The position numbers and the translations under genes are program-made. Below the pieces are notes generated by a model, which was given only the letters and a program-made list of their open reading frames with translations, was not told the origin of the DNA and searched no databases. From Mantamonas sphyraenae STR306 (taxonomy: Eukaryota; Protista; CRuMs), in contig JAPMXV010000030.1 of NCBI GenBank assembly GCA_026936335.1, positions 186,001 to 250,000 of the forward strand: a stretch of DNA of 64,000 bases, given 5' to 3'. This document shows positions 1 to 11,235 of this stretch, in pieces. The first letter of the stretch is position 1; each line of letters starts with the position of its first letter.

Positions 1-1238
1 CCGACATGATAGTACAGCTCACAGTCGGAACACAGCACCACGTCGCGATCGTGTGCGCTGCCTTTGCCGCACGCTGCACATCGACACTGCTCACAAACCA
101 TCCCGACAAACCCGTCGTCGCCGTCGTCCTCCTCTCCCTCACTCACGGGCAACCCAGGCACGCGTGCACGCAGAGGCTCCGGATGCGACGCGTCAAAGCA
201 GTCGCGATGGTAGGCCACCTGGCATACGCGGCAGGTGTCCAGGGGGCGCTCGGATGTTGCTGGCTCGCCGCACTCGCGGCACAGACACTGGGGACACTTC
301 CAATCTGCACGAGAGCCTCCATGCAGGTCCATCGTAGCGGTGTGGAGGCAATCCTCGTGGTAAATGCCCAGGCAATGGCTGCAGGTGATGCAGCGGTCGA
401 GCTTGCTTCGTTTTCCGCACACATTGCACTCACACTTTTCGCAGAACCAGCGCTTGCCTGAGGCCAGTTTCACAGGTGTGGGCAGGCACGCAACGTGGAA
501 TTCGGTGGAACAGCTGCAACAGGTGACTGTGGACGGCCGGCTTCCTGATGACGAGTTCAGCGGCGATGTGTGGTCGCTGCATCGAGGACACGGCTGTCCT
601 TGCATGTCGATTCCTGAGGTTTTAAGTGGGGCCACCTCTGTGCCCCATGCTGGACTGGGAGGCCGGATGGAGACGGGCAGAAAGTCGTACATGTTGTACG
701 GGTTGCCGTCGACCGCAGGCAGCTGGCGAAGCTGCTTTGTCAGCTGCAGCGGCGACACGTCCATGTCAACATCGCGCTTTTCCAAATCCAGGCGCATGCT
801 GCGAGGTACAGACAGCCACACCCGCTCCATGTTCCCTCCTTCCGTGTTTGTTGGCACTTTGGTTGGGTTGATCTGCACCGACGGCACAGGCACGTCCGAG
901 TGCCCTCCCATTGCACCCGCAGGAATGGACTCCTTGTAATCCAGCGTCCTCCCCCTTGCTGGTTGATTCGACGATGCTTTCTTCCTGTTGTCCTGCCAGG
1001 TTGTGCTCGCCGAATCCACCGTCACACCACTGATGTCCGGCGTTTCGCCAAACATGGCCATCAGCGCATCGTCCATGATGGCTGGGTCGACACCCAGTCC
1101 GTCCTCGCCCAAGTCGAAGGAACTCGCTGCCTCGGAGAAATCCGCTTCGGACAGAGACGCCTCGTACGGGTTGCCTGAGTACGGAATCGAAGCGCTGGCG
1201 CTGCCGTTGCTGTTTGCGCGAGGAAACACCTGCGCTGC

Positions 1239-1288
<50 letters not shown>

Positions 1289-2523
1289 ACTGGTGTGATG
1301 GTGGCGATGCTTCTTTGGCGCATACCGCCATACGTGCTGGTTAGTCTTGGACACCACAGCATAGCGCACAGCAGCGAGGGTGTCCATGAGCGGATCGTCG
1401 CGGCGGTCTTCGAGATTGAGATCTTGCTGCAGCTGATACGTGTACCTGCGCAACCTGGGCACTGTGCGCGACTCGGTGCACCGCGGACAAAACCAGTTGC
1501 CCTCGGGGACATGGATGAGCTCGGGCACCAAACAGTCCGTGTGGTACGCCTGGTCGCAAAAGTCGCACAGCAGCAACTTTTCTGTGCGGTCGTCGGTGAG
1601 ACACACCTGGCAGTGCTGTGGCAAGGCAACGATGGTGAGTGTCCAATGCACTACAAAGTCAAGCCCCTTCTCTGGTGTGCGTCCAACTTACGTGCGGATG
1701 AAAGCGGTAGGAAAAGGGATAGAACCAGGGCACCAAACCAGTAGGCCCCTCGGCACTCATCCCTCCCACCCAGTGCACCTCGACATATTCTGACGTCACC
1801 TTTGTGTTGGATGGGATGCTTTCCAAGCTCAACAGGTTTGCAATCTCTGCTTGCTTCATCGTCACCGTCTCTTCGGTGACAATTGTGGATTTGTGTCCGT
1901 CAAGCGCGACTGCCACCCCTGCATCGAGAGGAGGTTTCCGTGTGACCTGTGTCCTTCTTTTTCCTCTGTTCTTTTGCTGTCGCCTGCGCTTGGCCGAGGC
2001 CTTGCGTTCGCTGCTTGTCTTGCCCTGGCCGTTCTTCACCCCAGGAGGCCGCCCGCGCCTCTTTGGTTTGGGCGATTCCTCCTCTTGCCGCGGCGTGTTG
2101 AGGCTGCTCCTCGTGCTGTACGTGTCTGCAATATGCGTGTGTGTGTCGCAAGCGTCCAGTGTGCGTGGGACACGTGCGTACGGCCGTTGTCCACCCCGGG
2201 AGGGGCTTTCGTGTCAGCAGATCAGGAAGAGCGAACGCCCAAATTTGCACAACCCGCCACACGCGTGTTTTCAGACCCGTTTCCCACAATTGGCGCTGTC
2301 CGTGTGTATGCCAAGCACCAAAGTGACACCTACCCGATGTGGAACTGGGTTTGGAGTCGTCGTCCGAGTCGGACCAGTCTCGTGTTGAATGCAGCTTTCT
2401 GCGTCGCTTTTCTCGGGGGGACAACTTCCTCGTCGGCTTCGTCGTCCAATCCTCCTCCTCAGATTCATCCGACACGAGTTCTTGTGCACGTCGCGACGCC
2501 GTCCTGCGCAGACGCTTGGTCAT
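1..2523 (-). CDS. Multi-PHD-finger chromatin protein (3' end runs off the left edge; introns ~2333-2127 and ~1691-1616; frame break in the CAG tract ~1240-1290)
   Basis: PHD motif CQVC..LLLCDFCDQAYHTDCL..WFCPRC at ~1610-1480. A stop-free frame from ~1240 to base 1 encodes four more tandem PHD-like fingers (e.g. CSCSTEFHVACL..WFCEKC, CSHCLGIYHEDCL..WKCPQC, CRVCQVAYHRDC, CSDCELYYH). GT-AG sites join the basic N-terminal exons. Confidence 0.8.
1234..1290. repeat. (CTG/CAG)n microsatellite inside the PHD gene
   Basis: Directly visible trinucleotide run; the coding frame changes across it. Confidence 0.95.
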
Positions 2524-2906
2524 AGGTGCGCGTTGGCCACGTTGTGTTTGGCAGCGGCGCGCCCTCGACTTTGCTCAACGACATGCAGCTGCATGCAGTG
2601 TCGCACATGTTCTAGGTGAGTCATTAACTGGGAATGGATGAGACATTCAACTGTGTGAGTGCTTCTGTGAGGCCTGCGCTCGAAAGGCAACGCGGCGGAA
2701 AGTCTGCACGCTACCGGTCGCAGGTCCGTGCCACACTGAGCTCAAGAAGATGTTGTGTCAAAAACCACAGAGTCCCTTCTATTTTGTATCCGAGCGAGGC
2801 AGCACTCGCCTTTGATTGATGGCGAAAATGGACCCAAATGAGCGCGGAAGGAGCTGGGACCTCCGTGGTCGATTGCACGGAACTCGCAGCACCCTGTCAA
2901 GGCGGT

Positions 2907-4035
2907 TCAATGTGAGGCACTGCTGCCGCCGGTACTGGTGCTGCTGCTGCTGCTTTCGCCCGATTCATTCGCCTGTGGGAGCAGGTTTGTGCCCTCTTTG
3001 TGTCCCAAGATGGCAAGGACGTCGCTGGCAGGGCTGGGCTGGCCTCCCTTTTCCAGGGCCAGTTGGAGCAAGTCAATGGAGCCGTACTTGCATCCAATGG
3101 TCACAGCACCTGTTTGCGAGTCGATGGCCAGCACGTCGCCTCGCTGACCCATCTTGCCGTACATTTCGCCTTTGCGGCACGCATGGATGTACACTGTGGT
3201 GCCTGCCATGTCCACGTAGGGCACCTGGAACGGAGGGAAGATGAGGGAGCGAAGACGCTGGCTGAGCGATGCTGCGACGTCGCAAAAGTCTGCCTCCAGT
3301 CTGTCATACGGAAACTGGCCCATGGGGTGGTACGTGGTGAGCTTGGGATCCTGTGGCACGGCCTGGATATCCCCATTGAGAATGGCCAAGAGGGAGTCCA
3401 TGAGCAGCTGTTCGCCTTGCACAATGGCCTCGTTGTACAGGTCAAACGCGGTTGTCTCGGGAGTGATCTCCCAGTACTTCTGTGCGTACACGGCGCCTGC
3501 GTCGATGCCTTCGTCGGGGACCTGGTGCAAGGAAATGCCCATCATCTGCAAACCGTCATGGATGGCCCAGGCAAATGGGTCGCAGCCGCGCAAGAGCGGC
3601 AGGGGCGCGTTGTGCAAGTTCACCACGCCCAGTTTGGGAATAGCAATCAGCTGCGATCGGATGATGGACCGGCACTGCAGACTCAGCACCATGTCCAGCT
3701 GCATCGATTGGTACACCTCCAACATGTCCTTGCTGTTTGGGTTTTTCGGTTGGAACAAACTGACGCCCTCTTCGAACGACAGCTCCAACGCCTTTTTCAC
3801 GAACGACTCACGCCACGTGTCCTCCCCAGAGTCGCCAGCGTCACCGACCACACACACAACCTCCACCCCTTCCATCGCATGCAGCACAGCAAGACCACGC
3901 GCAGCAATCGTCCCGTTGCCGATCAGACACACTCTGAGCACACTCGACCCTTTGTCAGCCGCCTGTGCTCGCACCTGACACCTCTGCGCCAACCACAACC
4001 GTGGTCATCCAACAGCCCACATACCGAAAAGTCAT
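2907..4035 (-). CDS. Formyltransferase, WlaRD/FdtF/ArnA-like sugar N-formyltransferase type; join(4035..4025,3933..2907)
   Basis: Formyl_trans motif NLHNAPLPLLRGCDP, plus GISLHQVPDEGIDAG and RLRSLIFPPFQVP. An 11-nt first exon and a GTATGT...GCTGAC...CAG intron give the N-terminus MTFRVCLIGNG. Confidence 0.85.
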
Positions 4036-4156
4036 TGTTGTCGTTGTGAGAGAAACCAAATGGATTTGTTGTGTGCACGCGGGGCGTGTGTTTTGGTGGC
4101 AGCAGCCCTCAGCCCTGTCAGCGACACGGGAGACAGCTGACTTTCGCAACCAAGGC

Positions 4157-7072
4157 TCAAAACGCTTTCCCGGACGTCTTGTTGCCCCGGAGCAGGTTGG
4201 TCATGCTCTTGTTCTTCTTGAGACGAGCAAACTGGGCACTGCTGATGGCCTCCATCTTCTCGCGCTTGAGACGCTGCTCTTCCAGCTCGCGTTCGCGTCG
4301 CAGCTCCTGCAGCTTCTGCTCCAACTCCAGCTTGGACTGCACGTGCAGTTCATCGTTGAGATGCACCAGATCCTCGGCCACAAGCTCGCGGCTCCAGCGA
4401 CGCTTGCGCGAGACGAGGATCTTGTGAAAGTCGACTTCGTCCGAGGGCGCCACCTCGACCTCGAAGGACTCCTGCTGGTGTTCGGGGTCCACACGGCGAG
4501 TGAAGGTCTCGATGACCATGGAGGAAAACAGTTCGAGGATGAGAAAGACGACCACAAAGAAGTAGGCGGCAAAGTAGATGCTGGCGTAGCCGCTGGTGCG
4601 GTAGATGCACGCATACAGGATGTCATTCCAATTGTTGATGATCATGAGTTGGAAGTTGGTCAGCATGGCCCGTCCGATGTTGTCAAACGTGGCCTCCGGG
4701 TTCTCGTAGTCCGGCAGGTTGTCCAGCTGGCCTGCAAACAACTCCATGCCCACGATGCTGAAGAAGTAAAAGGCAAAGATGAGCATGCCACCCACAGAGA
4801 GGAGCACAAACACGCTCTGGCGCAGCGTAAACAGAAACATGTCAAACACACTCTCGTCCAGGCTCAACAGTCGGCCCAGCAGCGACTGCGGCCGCGACCC
4901 TGTCTTTTCTGTGTACATGGACGTCTCGTGCTTGGTCCAGTGTTGCGAGGCAGATCTCTTGACACCGTGGCCGTCGTCGTTGACGCTGCCAGTGTGATCG
5001 GTGTGTTCGCCGTCGCTCTCTTTCGCCTCGTCGTCCTCAGAGCTTTCCTTGTCGCCGTCGCTTTCCGCCGCTGGCTCCTGGATGCTCACGTGGCGACCTT
5101 CGGCGTCGCCACCAGAGGTAGTTGAGGGAATGGGCCCTTCGCTGCTCTGGACATTAAACACAGTGGGGTCTGCCTGGGCGCTGAGGTTGCGCAGGACGTG
5201 GAAGCCGCGCAGGATGGTGAGGTTGAAAAACACGGGAACCGCCCCAGCGGCAAAGAGGATGAGGAACAAGATGCTGCCAAACAGGCACATTGTATCCAGC
5301 TTGTTCCATGCGCTGTTCCAAAAGTAGCGCGTGCCGAGAACGGCAACCTTGATGGCCAACTCGAGGGCGAGCAGGGCAAGGAAGACGTACTTGGTCACAA
5401 GGAGCTCGTGGCCGCCGACGTCGGTGTGCACCACAATCAAAATGACGTTGATGAGCGCCAGGGCGAGACTGACGTACTGAAAGGTGACGGAGCGGACGGC
5501 ACGGGCTGCAAGTTCACGACGCACGAGCATGGCACGGAAGAACGCGCTGAGAGTGTCCTGGATGCGGTCCGGTTCGTGGTTGCGGATGGGTCGGAGACGC
5601 CAACGCAGCATGTCGGCCAGCATGCAAAACTCGTCGGGGTCGATGCAGCCGTTGTTGTCCGAATCCAGGGTGTCAAAGAGGAGGCGGACCTCGGTCTCGC
5701 TGGCTTCCGGGTGGATGACCTTGAGGAGGTAGGACCACTCCTCATAGTCGATGGTGCCGTCGTTGTTCATGTCGATGACCTGAAAGGCGGCGAGGAAGTT
5801 GCGCTTCTCCTTGATGAGGCCACGCACCACAAAGTTTTTGTGTTGCTCCTTGTACGAGTCGTAGATGACGGCGAGGAGGATGCCCGAGAAGAGAAGGCTG
5901 ATGATGAGAAAGGTGGAAAAGAAGATGAAGGACCACTGGGACTTGTCAAAGGCCGGATAGAGGACGTCGGGGTAGTTTTCTGTGGTGAGGAGCACAAACA
6001 CGGCGAGCATGCTCTGGCCAATGTTGTCGAAGCGGTCTTGCGGGATGGTGTCGGGGTAGAGATAGATGCCGCGGAAGCAGAGGACACCGACGTAGGCCCA
6101 GATGAGGATGACAAAGGTGTAGACGAGCATGACACCCAACACGGGCGGGAGGGCCTTGCCAATGACCTGTGCAGTGCGGCGGAGGGTGCGCGACTGGGCA
6201 ATAAAGAGAAATGGACGCAGGGGACGGGAGAAGCGAAAGGTGGTGCCAAAGGTGATGGTGCAGAAGAGGTCGATGGCGTTGATGATGACGAGGATGAAGT
6301 TTGTGAGCTGCCACTTGTAGGAGAAGTAGACACGCCAGCCAAAGGGTCGCATGCGGATCCAACAGTCTGCGAACTGGACTATGACGCTGATGATGCCGAT
6401 GCCGAGTTCGGAACGGCGTTCGACCTCGCTGTCTTCTGCAGTGCGCCAGGAAGGCGGCTCAATGAGGACGAGGAGCATTTGCATGAGGATGTTGAGGCGC
6501 ACAAAGAGCTGATACCACCTGTTCTTGCGCAGGTAGTACATGTTGCGCTGGTGGTCGGTCATGGCCTCGAGTTTGAGGTGTTCGCCCGAAAGGCCGACGC
6601 GAATGTACTGGGCTGCACGCATGAATGCCTCGTCGCGGGTGCCCACGTTGAGGTTGAGGAGACCCGCCGATGCGTTGCTGAGGAGGGGTTGCTTCCTTTG
6701 ACGCTTGGAGGAGCGGGTGGCCTTGCGCAGCCAGTCGCGAGAGGCAAGTTTGTCGCGGAGCACTTTGCCCGTCATCTTGCCTGCGTTGCTGGAGGCCCGA
6801 TTGCGACTGCCCGAGGAGGAGGAGGAGGAGGCGACGTCGCCACTGGTGAGGCGTGCGCCAATGGTGCCTGCAGTGGCAAGCACGAGCGGGTCAGCCTCCC
6901 AGGACGGGCTGTCTGCACCGGGCTCTGAGCGGGCAGTGCTGGGCGGGCGGTGGGGCATGCCGCCGCGACCCTCTGCGCGCGAGGCCAGCAAGCGCTCGTC
7001 TTCGCTGTACTCGGACGCATTCTCGGCCTCTGCCACATAGTCGGTGTCGAGAGTGGGCGGCACGTAGCTCAT
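4157..7072 (-). CDS. TPC1: Two-pore calcium channel (TPC family) with EF-hand linker
   Basis: Two 6-TM ion-transport repeats; pore motifs FVLLTTENYPDVLYP and FQLMIINNWNDI; S4 FRFSRPLRPFL; EF-hands DMNNDGTIDYEE and DSDNNGCIDPDE. Likely start MSYVPP at 7072. Confidence 0.9.
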   Translation of the reverse strand: MSYVPPTLDTDYVAEAENASEYSEDERLLASRAEGRGGMPHRPPSTARSEPGADSPSWEADPLVLATAGTIGARLTSGDVASSSSSSGSRNRASSNAGKMTGKVLRDKLASRDWLRKATRSSKRQRKQPLLSNASAGLLNLNVGTRDEAFMRAAQYIRVGLSGEHLKLEAMTDHQRNMYYLRKNRWYQLFVRLNILMQMLLVLIEPPSWRTAEDSEVERRSELGIGIISVIVQFADCWIRMRPFGWRVYFSYKWQLTNFILVIINAIDLFCTITFGTTFRFSRPLRPFLFIAQSRTLRRTAQVIGKALPPVLGVMLVYTFVILIWAYVGVLCFRGIYLYPDTIPQDRFDNIGQSMLAVFVLLTTENYPDVLYPAFDKSQWSFIFFSTFLIISLLFSGILLAVIYDSYKEQHKNFVVRGLIKEKRNFLAAFQVIDMNNDGTIDYEEWSYLLKVIHPEASETEVRLLFDTLDSDNNGCIDPDEFCMLADMLRWRLRPIRNHEPDRIQDTLSAFFRAMLVRRELAARAVRSVTFQYVSLALALINVILIVVHTDVGGHELLVTKYVFLALLALELAIKVAVLGTRYFWNSAWNKLDTMCLFGSILFLILFAAGAVPVFFNLTILRGFHVLRNLSAQADPTVFNVQSSEGPIPSTTSGGDAEGRHVSIQEPAAESDGDKESSEDDEAKESDGEHTDHTGSVNDDGHGVKRSASQHWTKHETSMYTEKTGSRPQSLLGRLLSLDESVFDMFLFTLRQSVFVLLSVGGMLIFAFYFFSIVGMELFAGQLDNLPDYENPEATFDNIGRAMLTNFQLMIINNWNDILYACIYRTSGYASIYFAAYFFVVVFLILELFSSMVIETFTRRVDPEHQQESFEVEVAPSDEVDFHKILVSRKRRWSRELVAEDLVHLNDELHVQSKLELEQKLQELRRERELEEQRLKREKMEAISSAQFARLKKNKSMTNLLRGNKTSGKAF

Positions 7073-7170
7073 TCTGATCGAGTCGTCGTGTTCGCTGATG
7101 GTGACGAGTGAAGGAAAAGGGTACGGTGTTGTTGTTGGCTCCCGGCCGCGCGCAGCGTCGTGCAAGCCGA

Positions 7171-8154
7171 ATGCAATGCGCATCCAAAACAGCACGGAGC
7201 GAGAGTACGCATACGAACGTGCTGAGACGCAGGGCAGTGGGCGAGAGGAGGCGGGCAAGGGGAACAGGTGCTGTGACGGGCAGGGGCTGGTGACGGTGAC
7301 GCCGGGAGCACACATGACAGAGAGAGCCACTTTGTGAGCGCAAGGACGCTGATGTACATGCGATTTGCAATGGCCATTTGGTGCACGTGGGTGCTTGTGC
7401 TGGGCTTCATCCAGGGTCCGTACCTGCACTTTTTCGAGTACTTCACCAACGTGAGCTGGACGCTGAACACAACATACTTCTGGCTGGTCAGTCTGCTCTC
7501 CTATCGCGACAGGAAACGTCCCGAGATGGATCGTTTCTCGCAGCGCTTCGTGCCCAACGCGAGCGCAAACTTGTACACGAGCGCCGAATTGGTCCTGCAC
7601 GAGAACACGCCCTTTGAGACGGTGACGTGGATCCTGTTCCAAATGACCTTCCCTGTATCCATTGTCGTGTCTGCGGTGTTCTGGTCCATCCTTTACCCCG
7701 AGGTGGTGAAGGTGTTCAGCCCACTGGACTGGTAAGCCGGAGATATGTGTGACGAGCGCGAACGAATGGCCCATGCGCTGACACGGAACTGGGCACACAC
7801 ACACCCACGGACACACACGGGCTGTCCCATACGCGTGCACACCCACACTGCAGGGTGTACAATGGACAGGCCCACACTCTGAACTTTGCATTCTTGGCCA
7901 CAGACCTGTTTATGGGCAAGCTGTACTTTGTGCCGAAGCACTTTGTTTTTACCGTGCTCTACGCCTGCATGTACCTTGCTTTTGCGCTCATCTGGCACGA
8001 CGAGGAACATCAATGGGTGTATCCCTTCCTCAACACCGATGCACACTTCTGGTGGATGTACTACCTGGGCGTCGTCCTGTTGTTTTTCCTGGGCTTCGGC
8101 GTGGCCAAGCTCCTTGTGCAGCTTCGCAACAGGTGCGTGGTGCTTAATGAGTGA
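7171..8154 (+). CDS. Rolling-stone / FAR-17a-AIG1-like multi-pass membrane protein (start uncertain; intron ~7732-7852)
   Basis: Motifs YFTNVSW, VVSAVFWSIL, HTLN..DL and WVYPFLN across ORFs 7334-7735 and 7855-8154, joined by a GTAAGC...CAG intron. Confidence 0.7.
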
Positions 8155-8514
8155 GGGAATGAACGGTTGGGGGACGTGGTGTGCGACAACCCGTGGATTC
8201 CACAGGGGTTTTCAATCGAGCGACTCTTTTTCTTTGGAGACACCCGCTCGCAATGAAACGCTGTGTGTGCGTTGGAAACCACCGCATGCGCAGCTTTACC
8301 ACGTCAGTGTTCCATGGTGTGCTTGCACGAGCGATAGCTTCCTCATTCAGCTCTCTCCTCGCTTGGCTGGAAAAGGTTCCATGCTTTGCAACGGTGATGG
8401 ATCTCCGCTGTCTGTTCCATTCATGTCTACCTTTCACATCTGAGAGCAGGGTGCCCTTGTGGTGAGCAACAAAGCCTCCCTTCGCCATGGCCTGCGCTCG
8501 CTGAACCCCAGCCA

Positions 8515-11200
8515 ATGAAAACACGTGCACAAACAAGGCGGGAAGCCCAAGAAGCCAAGGTGGGCAGCAGCGATGACACCTTGGCTGACACTGCATACTA
8601 TGACCATGTGTACACCACTACAAAGGTCTTGGTTGAGCAGTATCGTGACAAGGCGCCGCCGCAGAAACCGCACCGGAAGATCGACGCGGCAGCCTGGGCC
8701 ATGGTCACACATTTCTGCAACAAGAGCCACCGCGCGCGAGTGCCATGTCCTATTGAGATGCATGTTGGCCTGGTGCTGAAGATACTACGCTACGGCATTC
8801 GGGACGGAGTCGTTTCAGAAGGCGAGCACCTTCTTTTTGCCCACGCCGTTCTGGCTCTCGTCGCCAATGTGGGCATCTACGACGTTGACAACGATGTCCT
8901 GTTCATGTACAAACTGCACTCCGAGGTGTTCACGTTGCGTCCATTGGTCATGCTGCCAGAGTATGCCAACCCCGACTTTGACACTGTTCATGCAGGGCCA
9001 AGTTTTTGCGATTCGCAATTGCGGGTAGACGCAGCCACTACAGGGGGGCTGTGCAGTGAGGGATGCAAGTGGGTTGAAGACTGCACTCCACTCTCGACGT
9101 CTGACCTGATTGAGATATGTGAGCGGCTGGCAAGTGCCGTGGAACAGCGCCTGCCCGACGCAGCAGGCAAAAACGTTTCGGTCCGTCCGCTTCATCCCCT
9201 GCCCCTATCCTTCACGTCCGTCTCCTTCAACGTGATGCGTACGCAAGACCCAAACTCGAGGCCCGTTGTTAATTCCGAGGGCAAACTCACATACAAGGAG
9301 CTCCGAGACTACTCGTGTGGCCATGGTCGCAATCCGCTTGCTGTGTCCGCACCGTCAAGCCCACTACCGTCTAGCACGGCACTCCACATTACACACGTGG
9401 AAGACATGATTCTTCGAGAGATGCGCTCTACATCGTCGTCTCCGTCGCCATCGACATCTTCGTCATTGTCCTCGGGTGCGTCTCCGGCGTCGGATGCGTC
9501 TACGGCGTCGCATGCGCCTGTGAAAGCTGCCATGCAGTCGATCATCAACAAGATCACACATATGGCTGATAAGCTGGGCGTAGAGCACACGGCAATCCAT
9601 CTGTATCTACAGCGGCCATTGCAAGACACCGATGTCGTCAACTCGAGCAACAGAAGGTACCTGAAGTGGTGCACAGACCTCATCAATAGGTCCAGGCTGT
9701 CACACAAGCAGTTCTTGGAGGCACTGCAGGCTCTGGTACCACATGGGGTGGTTTGGAGCATGAGCAACGAACCCACCGAGAGGGCCCTGTGTGCCTGTCC
9801 AGACGACGGTGTGCTATGGTGCGAATCCATGGGCGGCTCGTTGATGAGTCATGGGTACTGGTACACAGGGACAGGGGACACATGCTACGCGCTCGCGCGC
9901 ACTGATCATCCGTACCGTGTACTAGCAGGGCTGTGGTCCGGCTCGCTGAGCTCTGCGAGCTTTCCCATCTCCGTTGTTGGGGATACGAAGAAAACTATGG
10001 ATCAACTGCGGGACCACATGTCCACAGCAAGTGAACCGTTGGCACTGGCACCGCTGATCCGCGGTGTGTCCCGTTCAAAGAGTACTGTCAAGGAGAGGAA
10101 GACCCTGGTGGACGCCACCATTGCAAAGATCAAGGCAATATGTACTGATGAGCACCTGGAGCGGATGAAGCAGGTGGTTCTGTGGGACGATGCGGAAGCG
10201 AGCGAAGCCGTCGACGAAAACGATGATGGAAACGGCACGGACGGTGTTGATGATCACGATGGAGACGGTGACCCCCTGTTCACCCTCCTGCAGAAGCTAC
10301 CGAACAGGGCGAGGGGTGTACTGGCTGCAGAGGTACTTGCCGCTCAAGAAGGAACCGACCTCAACGCTCTTGTCGACACACTCTCTCTCGTGACCTCCAA
10401 ACTGCCCGACCCCCACTCGCGGGTCATGGATGGTGTCACCGTTGTCTGGGTACGCAGGAGGCCTGTCAAGGCCCGCCCTGTGGACCTGTTTCTGGACAAG
10501 ACCAGCTTTGAGGCATCAAGCCTTCTGCGTGCGCTGGGTGTGCCGCACATCACCAAGGTGCTGGAAAGCGAAGGGCTGAAGGACTGGATTGGGGTTGTGG
10601 AGCGGATGGTGGGCGCAGAGAGAAGCCTTGTGCGTCATGCAAAGCAGGAGAACAACCACAGTGTGTACATACACAAGGCAGCTTGGGACGAATGGCTGGA
10701 CAACGAAGCAACAAGGGAGTTTCTCAAGGCAAACGGCATCCAGCTCAAGACCAGCCAGACTGTTGTGCGCAAGGAGCTGGTGCAAACGCTCTTGCCCCTT
10801 CTGGAGCCGTTTGCGGTGACACGGGAGACCGTGCTGGTGCGCATCACGAAGGAACAGCTGCCGGCCACAATCCCATCGTATTCAAGGCCAGTACTGGTTG
10901 GACTGCCGCAGGAGGTCATCGACGAGCTGCGTGGACTCCTTGCCAAGGTTGTTAAAGCGAAATTTCGTGCTACCGACACGAGCAAACGCCTCACAACGAA
11001 GTACACACGATCTCTTGGGCTCGTACGTCAGCGGCGCTGGCCGGTACCGGAGGATGGCGACATGCGCAAGGTCGTGCAGGTGGTGAACCAAGGCAATGCG
11101 GAAGGGTACCTCGCACAACTTCAGCTACACCGAGCGTGGCTGGGCAAATTGCTCGCCAGCAACAAGAACGACAATGACAACGACAACAGCAACAGCACCC

Positions 11201-11235
<35 letters not shown>

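Noticed and set aside
7073-7891. N-terminal 270 aa of the 1244-aa TPC ORF
   Set aside because: Antisense to the rolling-stone-like gene; the real start is probably 7072.
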